From the human T2T-CHM13v2.0 reference genome, Homo sapiens: 64,000 nucleotides of DNA. How positions within the stretch are numbered: position 1 is the first letter of the stretch; the number at the start of each line of letters is the position of its first letter. A program made the translations under genes and the position numbers. The stretch lies in assembly GCF_009914755.1 (NCBI RefSeq), contig NC_060947.1. One strand, given 5' to 3'. Below the pieces are notes generated by a model. That model saw only the letters and a list, made by a program, of their open reading frames with translations, was not told the origin of the DNA and did no database searches. This document shows, in pieces, positions 1-60,666 of this stretch.

Positions 1-6
1 ACACAC

Positions 7-54
7 ATGAGATTCTTCAGGCTCACTTTCAAGTGCTTCGTGGACTGCTTCTGA
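7..54 (+). CDS. Upstream ORF in the SLC6A8 5' leader, 15 aa MRFFRLTFKCFVDCF*
   Basis: ATG 7-9, TGA 52-54; 22/48 GC inside an otherwise extremely GC-rich leader; ends 185 nt before the SLC6A8 ATG. Translation cannot be shown from sequence. Confidence 0.7.
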   Translation: MRFFRLTFKCFVDCF

Positions 55-182
55 CTGCGCCGCCCGCGCCCCGCACCCCGCCGCCCGCCCGCCGCCCCGT
101 CCCCCGGCCCGGCCGCCCCCCGGCCCCCGGCCGGCCCGCGCCCTCGGGGCCCTCCCCGGTGCCGCCGGTGCCCCCCGCCTGA

Positions 183-6881
<6,699 letters not shown>

Positions 6882-7050
6882 CAACTCAGCTCACATCACC
6901 AGCTCACCTCTGGTAGCCATAGCAGCCCCTGCTTCAGCCCCACCGCACCCCTCCAGGGGGCCTGCCTTTCCCTGACACTTTTGGGGTCTGCCTGGGGGAG
7001 GAGGGGAGAAAGCACCATGAGTGCTCACTAAAACAACTTTTTCCATTTTT

Positions 7051-7056
7051 AATAAA
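7051..7056 (+). terminator. Proximal polyadenylation signal of SLC6A8
   Basis: AATAAA 170 nt after the stop, with a U-rich upstream stretch. Confidence 0.55.
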
Positions 7057-8231
7057 ACGCCAAAAATATCACAACCCACCAAAAATAGATGCCTCTCCCC
7101 CTCCAGCCCTAGCCGAGCTGGTCCTAGGCCCCGCCTAGTGCCCCACCCCCACCCACAGTGCTGCACTCCTCCTGCCCCTGCCACGCCCACCCCCTGCCCA
7201 CCTCTCCAGGCTCTGCTCTGCAGCACACCCGTGGGTGACCCCTCACCCCAGAAGCAGCAGTGGCAGCTTGGGAAATGTGAGGAAGGGAAGGAGGGAGAGA
7301 CGGGAGGGAGGAGAGAGAGGAGAAGGGAGGCAGGGGAGGGGCAGCAGAACCAAGGCAAATATTTCAGCTGGGCTATACCCCTCTCCCCATCCCTGTTATA
7401 GAAGCTTAGAGAGCCAGCCAGCAATGGAACCTTCTGGTTCCTGCGCCAATCGCCACCAGTATCAATTGTGTGAGCTTGGGTGCGAGTGCACGCGTGCGTG
7501 AGTACGGAGAGTATATATAGATCTCTATCTCTTAGCAAAGGTGAATGCCAGATGTAAATGGCGCCTCTGGGCAAAGGAGGCTTGTATTTTGCACATTTTA
7601 TAAAAACTTGAGAGAATGAGATTTCTGCTTGTATATTTCTAAAAAGAGGAAGGAGCCCAAACCATCCTCTCCTTACCACTCCCATCCCTGTGAGCCCTAC
7701 CTTACCCCTCTGCCCCTAGCCAAGGAGTGTGAATTTATAGATCTAACTTTCATAGGCAAAACAAAAGCTTCGAGCTGTTGCGTGTGTGAGTCTGTTGTGT
7801 GGATGTGCGTGTGTGGTCCCCAGCCCCAGACTGGATTGGAAAAGTGCATGGTGGGGGCCTCGGGGCTGTCCCCACGCTGTCCCTTTGCCACAAGTCTGTG
7901 GGGCAAGAGGCTGCAATATTCCGTCCTGGGTGTCTGGGCTGCTAACCTGGCCTGCTCAGGCTTCCCACCCTGTGCGGGGCACACCCCCAGGAAGGGACCC
8001 TGGACACGGCTCCCACGTCCAGGCTTAAGGTGGATGCACTTCCCGCACCTCCAGTCTTCTGTGTAGCAGCTTTAACCCACGTTTGTCTGTCACGTCCAGT
8101 CCCGAGACGGCTGAGTGACCCCAAGAAAGGCTTCCCCGACACCCAGACAGAGGCTGCAGGGCTGGGGCTGGGTGAGGGTGGCGGGCCTGCGGGGACATTC
8201 TACTGTGCTAAAAAGCCACTGCAGACATAGC

Positions 8232-8237
8232 AATAAA
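8232..8237 (+). terminator. Distal polyadenylation signal of SLC6A8
   Basis: AATAAA giving a 3' UTR of about 1.37 kb. Confidence 0.8.
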
Positions 8238-9299
8238 AACATGTCATTTTCCAAAGCAGGCTCCTGCTTCCGCCTCTGCTGCTCTAAGGAAGGGGTCGGG
8301 GTACAGGAGGCAGGGGGAACCTCCTCCAGCTGGAGCTGCTGCCGTGAGCAAGGCTCTGCTCTGGAGGCCTCTGCGGCCGGCACCCTTCTGGGGACTGGGA
8401 AGGGGCAGGGAAGGCAGCAGCCCAGGGGAAGGCCTTGTCCCCCTGGAGCCGAGGCAGTTGGGGAGAGCAGGACGAGAGTGAGCTGGAGAGCAGCCACACC
8501 CGCGGGGAAGGGTGGGCGTAAAGCCATGGGTGCTGAAATTTTCAAAATGTTACCCCAAGAATTTGTCACTGAACAGGTGCCTTGTGTCACTTGGGCCAGG
8601 CTGGTAGCAGCAGAGGGGATAACTCTGCATCAGGGATCAATTTTGAAAGTGGAGCCAATAGGGGTTGTGCATGACCAGGATGCAGGGCTCAAAGAGGAGT
8701 TAAGGACAACAGATTTGGCCTGAGCAAGAGGAAAGATGGAGCTGCCAGGTCCTGCAATGGGGAGGCAAGGAGAGAATGGTCTGGAGTCAGCCTTGGGTGT
8801 GTCATGCAGGAAGTGTCATCCAAGTGGAGATGTCTAGTTGGCAGGTGGACACAGGAGTTCCAGAAAGTACTGGAGATGGAACTGTGCAAGTTCTTACCAC
8901 ATAGAGATGACACTGAAAGCCCTGAGCCTGAGTGAGCTCACAGGGACGCCGCAAGCCCCGGAACACAATGAGAGGGGCAGAGCGAAGACGTGGCAGTGAT
9001 AGGGGAGGACGCCTGAGAGTTCCTGGTGGGGTCCTGCAACCTGAGCCAGTGAGGACCCCTCACAGGTCAGGGAGGAGCAGTGGCTGGCTCCATCTGTCCA
9101 GTGCTGCTGCTGGTGAAGGACAGTGACCTGCAAATGCTCACTGAGTCTGGCAAGGGTCACGGGGGCCTGGCGAGGGTGGCTTGCATGAGCGGGTGCGTGT
9201 GAAAGGCTGGGTGGTGTGCGACTGAGAAAAGGAGTGGCGGCAGCGCAGTGTCATCTGCAGACGAAGGGAGAGACAACAACGTAGTTCACCCAGACAAGG

Positions 9300-9655
9300 A
9301 AATATGAGCCAGCCTGGAAAGGGAAGGCATTCCAACACACGACACAACATGGCTGACCCTGGAGGGCATTTCTGTGAAATGAGCCATCATAAAGGGATAC
9401 TTGCTATAGGGTTCTGCTCCTGTGAGAGAGACAGGGCCTTACATGAGAGGAGGGAGATCCACAGAGACAGAGGGCAAGGGTGGGTGCCAGGGGCTGGGGA
9501 CAGGGTGGGGAGTGTTGAGTGGGGACAGAGTGTCAGTTTGAGAAAATAAATTCTAGAGGTGGATGGAAGTGGTGGCTGCGCAACACTGTGACTGCACTTA
9601 ATGCCACTGAATTGCACATTTAACGATGGTGAAAATGGCTCATTACATATACACT
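9300..9655 (+). mobile_element. Old L1 (L1M-type) 3' end fragment
   Basis: Typical L1M 3' UTR text: ttctagaggtggatggaagtggtggctgcgcaacactgtgactgcacttaatgccactgaattgcacatttaa. Confidence 0.75.
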
Positions 9656-12179
9656 GATGACACTATATATATGTATGATATATATGCGTTTTACCATGAG
9701 AAGAGGTGGAGAGGAATTGGAGACACTGAGTACAGACAGGTCCTTCAACGGGCGGGACCCCGTGCACAAGATGAGCATGTGGCACCCCACCCTCAAAGGG
9801 CTGGGCACCATGGCAGGGCACAGCAGGCAATGCAGTGGGCGGCTCAGGCAAGCACAGAGAGCATCAGAGATTGGAGCCTGTGAAGGGGGAGCAGGTGACC
9901 CCTCAGAGCAAAGTGACAGCTTGGGCTGCTCCCTTTGCGTCCTGCCCAGGACTGCTATCGTGCTATGGGAGAACCCCCAGAGGCCCTGCTCCTCAGCAGG
10001 CAGCACCCCCTATGGAGGGGCTTTACCCCTAAACTTCTGGAGCCAGGGGAGGGACCTGGCTTGGAATACGGCCAACCAAGAGCCTGGGTGAGAAATACAC
10101 GGACCAGACAGGGAGCAGAGAAAGGAGTGGCAGTGCAGTCCCACCCTAGCTCAGCCAGGGGCTCTGGAGCCTGTCCTGCAGTCCCTGGCCCCCATCTCTT
10201 CAGCAACCGCTGTTTCCAGTTTTCTTTTTCTCCCTGAGAAGCCTGTCCTCTCACCATGCCTGCGCCTTCAAGAACCCCGCCTGCTGGCAGCTCCCACATC
10301 TCCGGCCTGGCCCTCCTTAGCTGCAAAGGTGCTTCCCAACATCAGCAAGACCTCTCCCCAGGGTGCCCCAGGCCCTCACACAGCCCCTGTCCCCAACCGA
10401 CTCCAACTGTCCTGCAGCCCACAGTCACCCTCAGGACCCCTGAGCTCAGGCCAACTGCTTTATACACTGTCAGCCAAGTCTCTGCCTGGATGACAATCAC
10501 CCTCTGCTAATTGTTCTCCGCACCTCCAGGCCAAATGCCCTCCAAGCCACCTCATGCACCACGATGACACTAAACACACAGAAAAAAGACATTGAAAAAA
10601 GGAAACTTCACAGAGGCCTGTCACTTAAAGAGGGTCCTGAAATAGAGACACCATTTCCTCAGGACTTAGCTCCTGCATCAGGGGTTAGGACACAGAGATC
10701 AACAAGCAGCAGGCTTTGCCCTCAAGCAGCTCGCAGTCTAGTGGAAGATGGGTAAGAAAACAGATCAGGACGCCCACGGGTGCAGATGCCCTGGAACAGA
10801 AGCTGATCCAGGAAGGCGCGAGCCTGCAGGCCGCCCTCCAGTCTAGGCTGGGCAAGCACCTCAATTTTCATCTCTAAGAGCCTGTGCCCACACCCCCTGC
10901 CCCGTTGTTGTTCCATCACTCCACTAGAAAGGGCGCTCCAGAAGCTGGCCTCGTGCAGCTTTCTGTCTGCTGCTGGCCTAGGCAGAACAGCGGAAGAAGC
11001 CATCAGGGCTGGTGAGGGAAGCACCCGTTTGGACTTTAGCCTTTCAAAGCTCAGAGAAGGGTGAGCTCAGGGAGGTCCAAGGTAGCTGAGAGCACTTCCT
11101 GGAAAAGTGGGATCAGCCTTCGGCCTTGGCACAGCAACCAGAGGGTATCGCCCACGTGTCCCCTACTCCCTCAGACACCACCTCTCAGACCGCCTGGAAA
11201 GGGACAGAACTCGTCATGAGGCGGCTGTGCTCTGAGCACAAGGGAAGGGCGACAGGATGCTAGAGAAGGGAACCACTGGCCTGGGCCCGGACAGGGCAGG
11301 CAGAAGCGAGCATGCACAGCAGGCCGTCAGCTACCCTGCCAGCATCAACATCCTTCAGGGGTCCCCCCAGTTCCAGGAGACACACCTCTAACCTGCTCCC
11401 CTGACCCTTCCGCCCAGTCCTCATGCAGACACCAGGCATGGCAGAGGCCCTGCAGGGTGGAAGCACTGTGCTGCGGGCGGGGGCTGCCTTCCTCATGTGC
11501 TACTGGAGAGTAGCACAGTGCAGGGGCCTGGGCACTGGTGCCAGGCAGGAAGCCCCGGTACTGGCCTGGCTTGCTGTGGGCCTGGAAGACACAGCTCTGA
11601 GGGAGCCACGGGAGGGACACCCTGGAGCCAGCACAGCGCTCTGGTGGCAGGCACACACCCAGCACGTTCTCAGGGCCAAGGGCCCCAGCCCATTCCCAGC
11701 CCCTTTCTGCCTAGCTCTGCCCTGGGCCAGCTCCAGGTCACTGCCAAGGACAAGTCTCCTCTCCCAGCTGGCATTAGTCAGAGGTCATCCTGCAAACCTT
11801 CGGGGGGGGGGGCAGGGAGTGACTAGTGGCGTTCTGCCACGTTCTGTCTGTCCCAAATGTGACGAACAGGAACCCAGAGAAGGCAAGCGAGTCCTCTACC
11901 CGGAAGCCCCGCCGGTTTACTGAGCCTCCCAAGCTGCCCACACCCAGGGAGGCAGACAGGACACACACTCGGCGGGTGGCCCTGAAGCGAGGCCTGGCCC
12001 AGCCCGGGGAGCAGGAGGACAGAGAGGGCAAGGCCTTCGAGAACAGGTGTGAGCCTGGCCTTCAGTGGGGGAAACAGGTTGAAGGGCTGTGGCCGCTTGG
12101 GGGCTCCAGGCAGGAGAGAAAGCAGAGCCCTCCCCACAGCTGCAGTCACACACCGCACCACGTACACACCATGACAACT

Positions 12180-12185
12180 TTTATT
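12180..12185 (-). terminator. Polyadenylation signal of BCAP31
   Basis: TTTATT on + (AATAAA on -), about 420 nt past the stop, followed on - by a GU-rich tract. Confidence 0.85.
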
Positions 12186-12602
12186 GCCCTCAAGAGAAAC
12201 TCCAGTCCACCTGCTCCACCCACCCTCCTGCGGGACCAAAGAAAACACCCAGAGGGCAAAACAAAAAGGGGCTCAAACCAACAGGAAGTCAGCCCCACCG
12301 CAAGCCGGACTACAACTAACTCGTGCTCTCCACGCTCAGGCGTGGAAGCCAAGGCTGTGCCAGGCCTGGCCAGGCCAAGCAGGATGACAGCAAACGCATT
12401 CTGAACGTGTAGCAATCAGGTCCCCTGTAATGTGCTTGGAGAGTGTGGACAAGGGCCGAGATGACGAGCTATGAGCTGTGGAAGGGAATGGGGGAAGCAG
12501 AAGGGCACAAACAGAAGTACTGGAGGGAGAGGCCGGGCTCTCAGGAAGCAGCAGGCACGTGCCAGGTGGAAGCCAGCTGCAGGCAGGGGAGGAAGGAGGC
12601 CC

Positions 12603-34907
<22,305 letters not shown>

Positions 34908-35170
34908 CCTGTTGCTAGAAGGTTTCCCACAGGAAGATGTGAGCTTGTTTCCTGGCAGGGCACAAAAGGTACGGGACTTGTAAGCGCTGGGCAGCCAAGA
35001 ACATCCAGTTCAGTTACCCTGCGAGGCTGGGGCCGCCACTCTCCACCCTGACCCCCTGCACTTTGCTTCAAAGTCTCTGATGCGCTGGCGGAAGCAGGGC
35101 TCCACTCGGCAGGGCCTCTTGGCCAGCAGCGTTCACAGGCCCCACAAACTTCCGTTCGCTGGTCAATTAC

Positions 35171-35327
35171 CTGCCCCCTCCAGCACGTGTGTCAACACGT
35201 CCAGAGCGGCCTCTCCCGACGATCCCTGCCCCAGGAAGCCCGAGATTTCCGACGCCCGTTTAACTGAAAGGCGTTCTTCGGGAAGAGCAGTGCCAGGGCA
35301 CCAAGAGGAGGACGCCTCGGCACCCAT
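35171..35327 (-). CDS. BCAP31: Alternative upstream coding exon of BCAP31 (67-aa N-terminal extension, 313-aa isoform)
   Basis: ATG at 35327, MGAEASSSWCPGTALPEERLSVKRASEISGFLGQGSSGEAALDVLTHVLEGA; donor G/gtaatt; 157+44 nt = 67 codons in frame with the main ATG. Confidence 0.8.
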
Positions 35328-35996
35328 CGGGCGCTCCCTTCCCCGCCAGGCAGAACTCAGCCGCAGAGGCGGGCGCTCTGCGGGCCCAAATCCCCGCTAC
35401 CAGGCAGGCCCAAGGCCGCACCTAGTCCAAGCGCTGCCGACGCCCCCGCCTCCCACCGTCCCCACGGCGCCCGCGGAGAGAAACCGGCACCTCCCTCGAG
35501 GATCCAGCGGCCTTCCGCCCGGGGCCGCTTCGCCTCCGGTGGGCTGGAGGCCCGCAAGAGCGACTCCTAGAGGGCAGGATTCGGGACCAAGCGCAAAGGC
35601 AGGTCTCGACCAAGCACCTCAAGGCCCCATACGGAGAAAGTTCTAGACGCAGTATCCTCAGAAGCCAGGGGTCCTTACAGTAGCCCTCGCGGGCCCCAGC
35701 GCCCACCCAGAGCGAGGGGCCTCCGACTTGGCCCCGGCCTGGCACACCGTCCCGGAGGCCCATCCCGGCCGCTCCTCCAGGTGGGGCTTCACCGCCCCCC
35801 GCCCCGCCCCCGAGACCAGCTTCTAGAGGCGCCGCCCGGTTTCCCCTCGCCCCTGCCTCTCACACGCAGGTAGGCTGCGGGCCCCGAGATTCCCCGGCCC
35901 CCGGGCCTCCCCGCGCCGCTCGCCTCTCTCCCTCGTCGATGGGCCGGGGAGCCTCCGCGGTCCCGGAGCCCAGCCCGGCGCGCGGAGCCCGCTCAC

Positions 35997-36095
35997 CGAG
36001 TTTCCCACAGTCAACGTGCAGGCCCCGCCGCAGCAACCGAACTCTCCCACAGCAGCCCCGGCCCCGCCCCTCATACCGCGGCCGGAAACCGGAAG
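35997..36095 (-). other. BCAP31: Probable first (5' leader) exon of BCAP31
   Basis: Good donor TCG/gtgagc at 35997/35996 inside the CpG island; 5' end is approximate. Confidence 0.7.
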
Positions 36096-36827
36096 CGCCC
36101 GCCGGGCACCGCCCACCAGCCCTCGCGAGGCCCCGGAGGCTCCGCCCACCTCCGCTTCCCACCCCGCCCCGGAGCGGAGGGCCGGCGCTCCGAGCGGGAG
36201 AGGAAGAGGCGCCTCGGGCTCCGGGCGAGCAGGGCGGGGTGGAGCGAGCACGCGGGCGGGGCGGGGCGGGGCTTTGTCGGGCCGGCGAGGGCCGCTTCTC
36301 TAGTCCGCGCGGCCGTCCCACGTCTCTGTGGTGCGGGAGGGGCCCCGCCGAGGGGCGAGAACGGGAGGTGGGGGTGTGGGCGGGCCCCGCCGAGGGGCGA
36401 GAACAGGGTGGGGCTCCCGCGCCCGGACTCCGCCCCTCGCCCCTCCTCCGCCTCCTCCCCTTCCCCCGACTCGCCCCTGGGGAAGAGTGGGTGGGGATTC
36501 TGGGCCGGTGGAGGAGTCACTGTCGCTTCAGCCAGGCTGCGGAGCGGACGGACGCGCCTGGTGCCCCGGGGAGGGGCGCCACCGGGGGAGGAGGAGGAGG
36601 AGAAGGTGGAGAGGAAGAGACGCCCCCTCTGCCCGAGACCTCTCAAGGCCCTGACCTCAGGGGCCAGGGCACTGACAGGACAGGAGAGCCAAGTTCCTCC
36701 ACTTGGGCTGCCCGAAGAGGCCGCGACCCTGGAGGGCCCTGAGCCCACCGCACCAGGGGCCCCAGCACCACCCCGGGGGCCTAAAGCGACAGTCTCAGGG
36801 GCCATCGCAAGGTTTCCAGTTGCCTAG

Positions 36828-55399
<18,572 letters not shown>

Positions 55400-56385
55400 C
55401 ACAACCCTCCCCGGCCCCTGCCCCGCCCCCAAGCTCGGATCACATGAAGGAGACAGCAGCACCCACCCATGCACGCACCCCGCCCCTGCATGCCTGGCCC
55501 CTCCTCCTAGAAAACCCTTCCCGCCCTCGGGAAAGTAGATGTGGAGGGTGGCGCCCTGCGTAACCCTCGCCCTGTCCCTCCCACTCCCTGGGGGCGCTGT
55601 TCCACAGTGACTGGGCCCTGTCCAGGGCAGTGAGTCCTCTACTTTGCTCCGTGGAGGAAGCTGGGGTACAAGGGGCCCAGTGCTGGCCACACAGCAGCGC
55701 AGCCGAGCCCCAGGAGCCCGTCAGGCCACAGCCCCTGGCACTGCAGGTGGCCTCCCTCCAGAGACTCGAGTCCCCATGATTCCCTCCTCGTCAGTCTCTC
55801 AAAGACCCCATGGTCCATCCCCTGAGGGTGGTCAGCCAAGGCTCCCGTTCCGTGGGATGCCATAAAAGCCGCCCAGTGGGACCCACAGTCACACAGAGCG
55901 CCTCACCTGCATCCTCTCCCCCACAAGAGCCCCAAAGATCCCACGGGAGAGGGGAGAGGGACGCACAGCACTGCCTGCCAAGCGAGAATGCAGGCCCCGC
56001 CCCCTCGGCCCCTCACCACCTCTTTCTACAGCCTAATTTATTGGATTCCCTATTCGTAGCCATCTCCGTGGCCAATGTGACTACCGTGCCAGCAGCGGGG
56101 GCGGCCCAGCCTCTGAGTCCCGTGGGGCCCCGGCTCCCACCGGTGCCAAACCCAGCCCCTGCGGCCGTCACCCCGCCAGCCTACACTGCCAGCCGCCACC
56201 GGGGCACACGGGCCTCTGCTTGCCAGCCAGGAGTGCGGACACCATGTTCCCAGCTCAGTGCCAAAGAGGGGTCACTAGGGGGAGCTGTCTGCAGAGCCAG
56301 CGCCTGCCCGAGAGAGACCCCACCGCCACCGTGTGCCTTTCCCGGGCCCTCAGCCCTCGGGCCGGGCACCACCCCCAGTCCCCCC

Positions 56386-56391
56386 AGTAAA
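56386..56391 (+). terminator. Probable non-canonical polyadenylation signal of ABCD1 (AGTAAA)
   Basis: No AATAAA seen in the region after the stop; AGTAAA about 990 nt downstream is followed by a GU-rich tract at 56431-56457. Confidence 0.6.
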
Positions 56392-57079
56392 AGCCTCCAC
56401 TGGCAAATGCAGTCCTTCCTCCCTGCCTCAGAGTCTGGTGGTGTCTGCTGTGGGTCTCGAGGAGAGATGGAGGAGAAGGAGTGGGTTGCCTGTGGGGGAA
56501 AGAGTGAGTTTGGGAAAGGAGTGGGCCTGACCCCCAAGCCCCTCCGAGGGGGAAAGTCACCAGAAGACATGGTCCAGCATGCCCTCCGCCGAGCCTCACG
56601 CCAATGCTCTTAGGATTCCTGTGACGGTGGCGGGGCGGAACCTGCAACAACATTGCACAGAAATACTGGCTGAGCCCAAATAGGACTAGGGGAAGGGATC
56701 ATGCTGGTCCCTGTGGGAGGAGCACGAAGGCAAGAGAAGGGATGTCTAAGCTGCCACACAGGGTGCTGCTGGCCCTTCTAGGGAGAGGCGGCCACTTGTG
56801 CAGGGGCCTGGGGGGAACCGGGAGCACAGCGCAGGGTGTTCGTGCTGCATGCAGGGGAAGGGAGGGCAGGGGAAGGGAGGGCTGCGGCCGGCGGGCCTTT
56901 GAGGCCACACTACAGAGACAGGACTTAGCCCAGAGGCCACCGAGGAGCTTTCAGCAACAGGGAAGCAGTGTCGAGTACTGCAGGCCACGTGGCTGCATGT
57001 GAGGGTGGCTGGTGGGAATAGGGTGCGGCAGCCCATCTGGCCTCAGAGGCACGAGAACTGAGAACAGCTGTGCGGCCAT

Positions 57080-57770
57080 ACCTTTATGCATGGATGGCCA
57101 CAGCCTCCCAAAGGTGGGGCAGCCTGAGTGTTCATCAACAGACAAATGGACAAACAGCCTGTCCATAAGGCACAGTGCCATTCTGCCATAACACGACAGA
57201 TAGACCTCAAAGAGTTCGTGCTGGGTGAAAGAAGCCAGACACAAATGTCCAGAATAGGCTCATCGGGACAGAAAGCAGACAAGTGGGTGTCAGGGGCTGG
57301 GGCAGGGGAAGGAAAATGTGGCGGGGGGAGTCCTTTTTAAAAAATTTTGTATTTATTTTTTATTTTTTAATGAGACAGACAGGGTCTCACCCTGTCACCC
57401 AGGCTGGAGTGCAGTGGCGCAGTCATAACTCACTGCAGCCTTGATCTCCCGGGCTCAAGCAATCCTGCCCCAGCCTCCTGAGTAGCTGGAACCACAGGCG
57501 TGTGCCACCATACCCTGCTAATTTTGTGATTTTTTTTTTTTGGAGACAGGATCTCACTATGTTGCCCAGGCTGGTCTCAAACTGCTGAACTCAAGCGATC
57601 GTCCTGCCTCAGCCTCCCACAGTGCTGGATTACAGGCATGAGCCACCACACCCAGCCTCGGGTTTCTTTTTATTTCGAAGAAAATGTTCTCGAACTATAG
57701 AGCATACTAAATGCCACTGAATTATGCACTTTAAAGGGATTGATTGTATATTTTGTGAATATCGCCTCAA
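57080..57770 (+). mobile_element. L1M 3' end fragment interrupted by an Alu
   Basis: gtgttcatcaacagacaaatggacaaac...gtgaaagaagccagacacaaa; resumes after the Alu with aatgccactgaattatgcactttaaa. Confidence 0.75.
57345..57657 (-). mobile_element. Alu (J-type)
   Basis: Reverse-complement dimeric Alu. Confidence 0.93.
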
Positions 57771-57774
57771 AAAC

Positions 57775-58275
57775 AGATGATTGATGGATAAATTGATACA
57801 TAGATATATAGATATATAGACATGATTGATATAGATGATTGATTGATAGATGATGGATGATTCATAGGTGATAAGTGATAGATAAAATACATGATAGATA
57901 CATGGATAGACAGATGAATAGAGAGAGATGATAGATGGTTTTAAAAGTTTTTTTAGAGACAAGATCTCACTATCTTGCCCAGTCTGGACTCGATCTGCTA
58001 GCATCAAGCAGCCCTCCTACCTCAGCCTCCTGAGCTACTGGGACTACAGGCACATGCTACTGTGCCTGGTGATAGATAAATGATTGAAAGATAGACATGA
58101 TAGAGGCATAAATGATAGATAGATGGATAGACATGATAAAAGGAAGATACATGGGATAGATCAATGATTGATTATATAAGTAAATGATATAAATTGATAG
58201 ATTATTGATTATAGATTAATAGGCGGATAGTTGATTGATAGATGATTGATCGATTGATTGATTGATTGATGGAGA
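57775..58275 (+). repeat. Degenerate (GATA/GATT/TAGA)n simple repeat, split by an Alu monomer
   Basis: Long gata/gatt-rich low-complexity tract. Confidence 0.85.
57948..58069 (-). mobile_element. Alu monomer (FLAM/FAM-like)
   Basis: Single diverged monomer inside the GATA tract. Confidence 0.8.
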
Positions 58276-59045
58276 GAGACAGAGAAGCAAGCACAGCCAT
58301 TGCAGCCACCCAGACAAGACATGCTGAGGCCTGAAGTTCCAGAAGGTTCGAGCAGTTGGAAGAACTCAACAGGCATGGGGGCAGCTTCTTCAGGGAGTGG
58401 AGGGGGCAGCAAGGTACCACTGGGTTCTGGCTTGGAAGGTTAGGTGAGCGACAGCACCCTTGGTGGACAGAGGCAGCTCCAAAGGAGGGGCAGGCCTGGG
58501 GAGCAGGTGCAGCCCGAGGGGATGGTGTGTAGGCAGTTGGTTCAGAGCTTGGGGCTCCTCAGTGGGACGTGGGTCAGCAGGGAGGCCAGTGGTCATTGAA
58601 GTTTGGATGGAGACAGCCTGGCTGAGGGGAGGGGCATGCTTGGCATCTCATTTAGGGGACAAGAGGTAGACTGTTTACCTGCATTTTGAGATTAGGATTT
58701 ATTCCTGATCCCAGGAGGTGGCCGATTCGGAGGGCTGAGAGTTGTTCCTCCATTTCTTTTGACGATTGTGTAAGTCGCCCATGCTTGATCATAAACCCCG
58801 TTTGTTTATTTCTGACACATAGCTGGAATGGCTCTAATTACTACAGATAGAAGGAGACACATCTGGCAAAGACCATCCAAAAGGAAGCTAGTGGAGAGAA
58901 GCTCATATTGCACAAATAGGCTCCAGGGCAAAATCATTATTAGGATTAAAAGTGGTTGCAGCATACTGATAAGTATTCATTCCAAAGCATTCACTGGCGG
59001 GGGAGGGGTGGGGGAAAAAGAATAAATACATAAATAAGTTAATTA

Positions 59046-59827
<782 letters not shown>

Positions 59828-60059
59828 TATGGAAAAGTTGAACAAACTTGATTTAGTGGACACCCAAAAACTACAGACCACACATTGTTTTCAAGTTCAC
59901 CTTGGACATTTACTAACACCATGTCCTAGGCTGCAAAGCAAGACTCAACAAATAGCAAAAGAACTTGCATCACACCAGCCATGTTCTTGATGCAACAGAA
60001 TAAAGGCATAAATTGGCAACCAAACTAAAATTAAGGGCTCCCCTATGTTTGGAAATTTA

Positions 60060-60237
<178 letters not shown>

Positions 60238-60274
60238 ATGCACTGGTCCGAGAAGAATTAGAATGAAAATCTAA

Positions 60275-60666
<392 letters not shown>

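Noticed and set aside
6891-7685. 264-aa minus-strand ORF in the SLC6A8 3' UTR
   Set aside because: Low-complexity sequence, no splice or promoter support.
35939-36805. Long Gly/Pro/Arg-rich ORFs on both strands of the promoter
   Set aside because: Expected from stop-codon scarcity in a CpG island.
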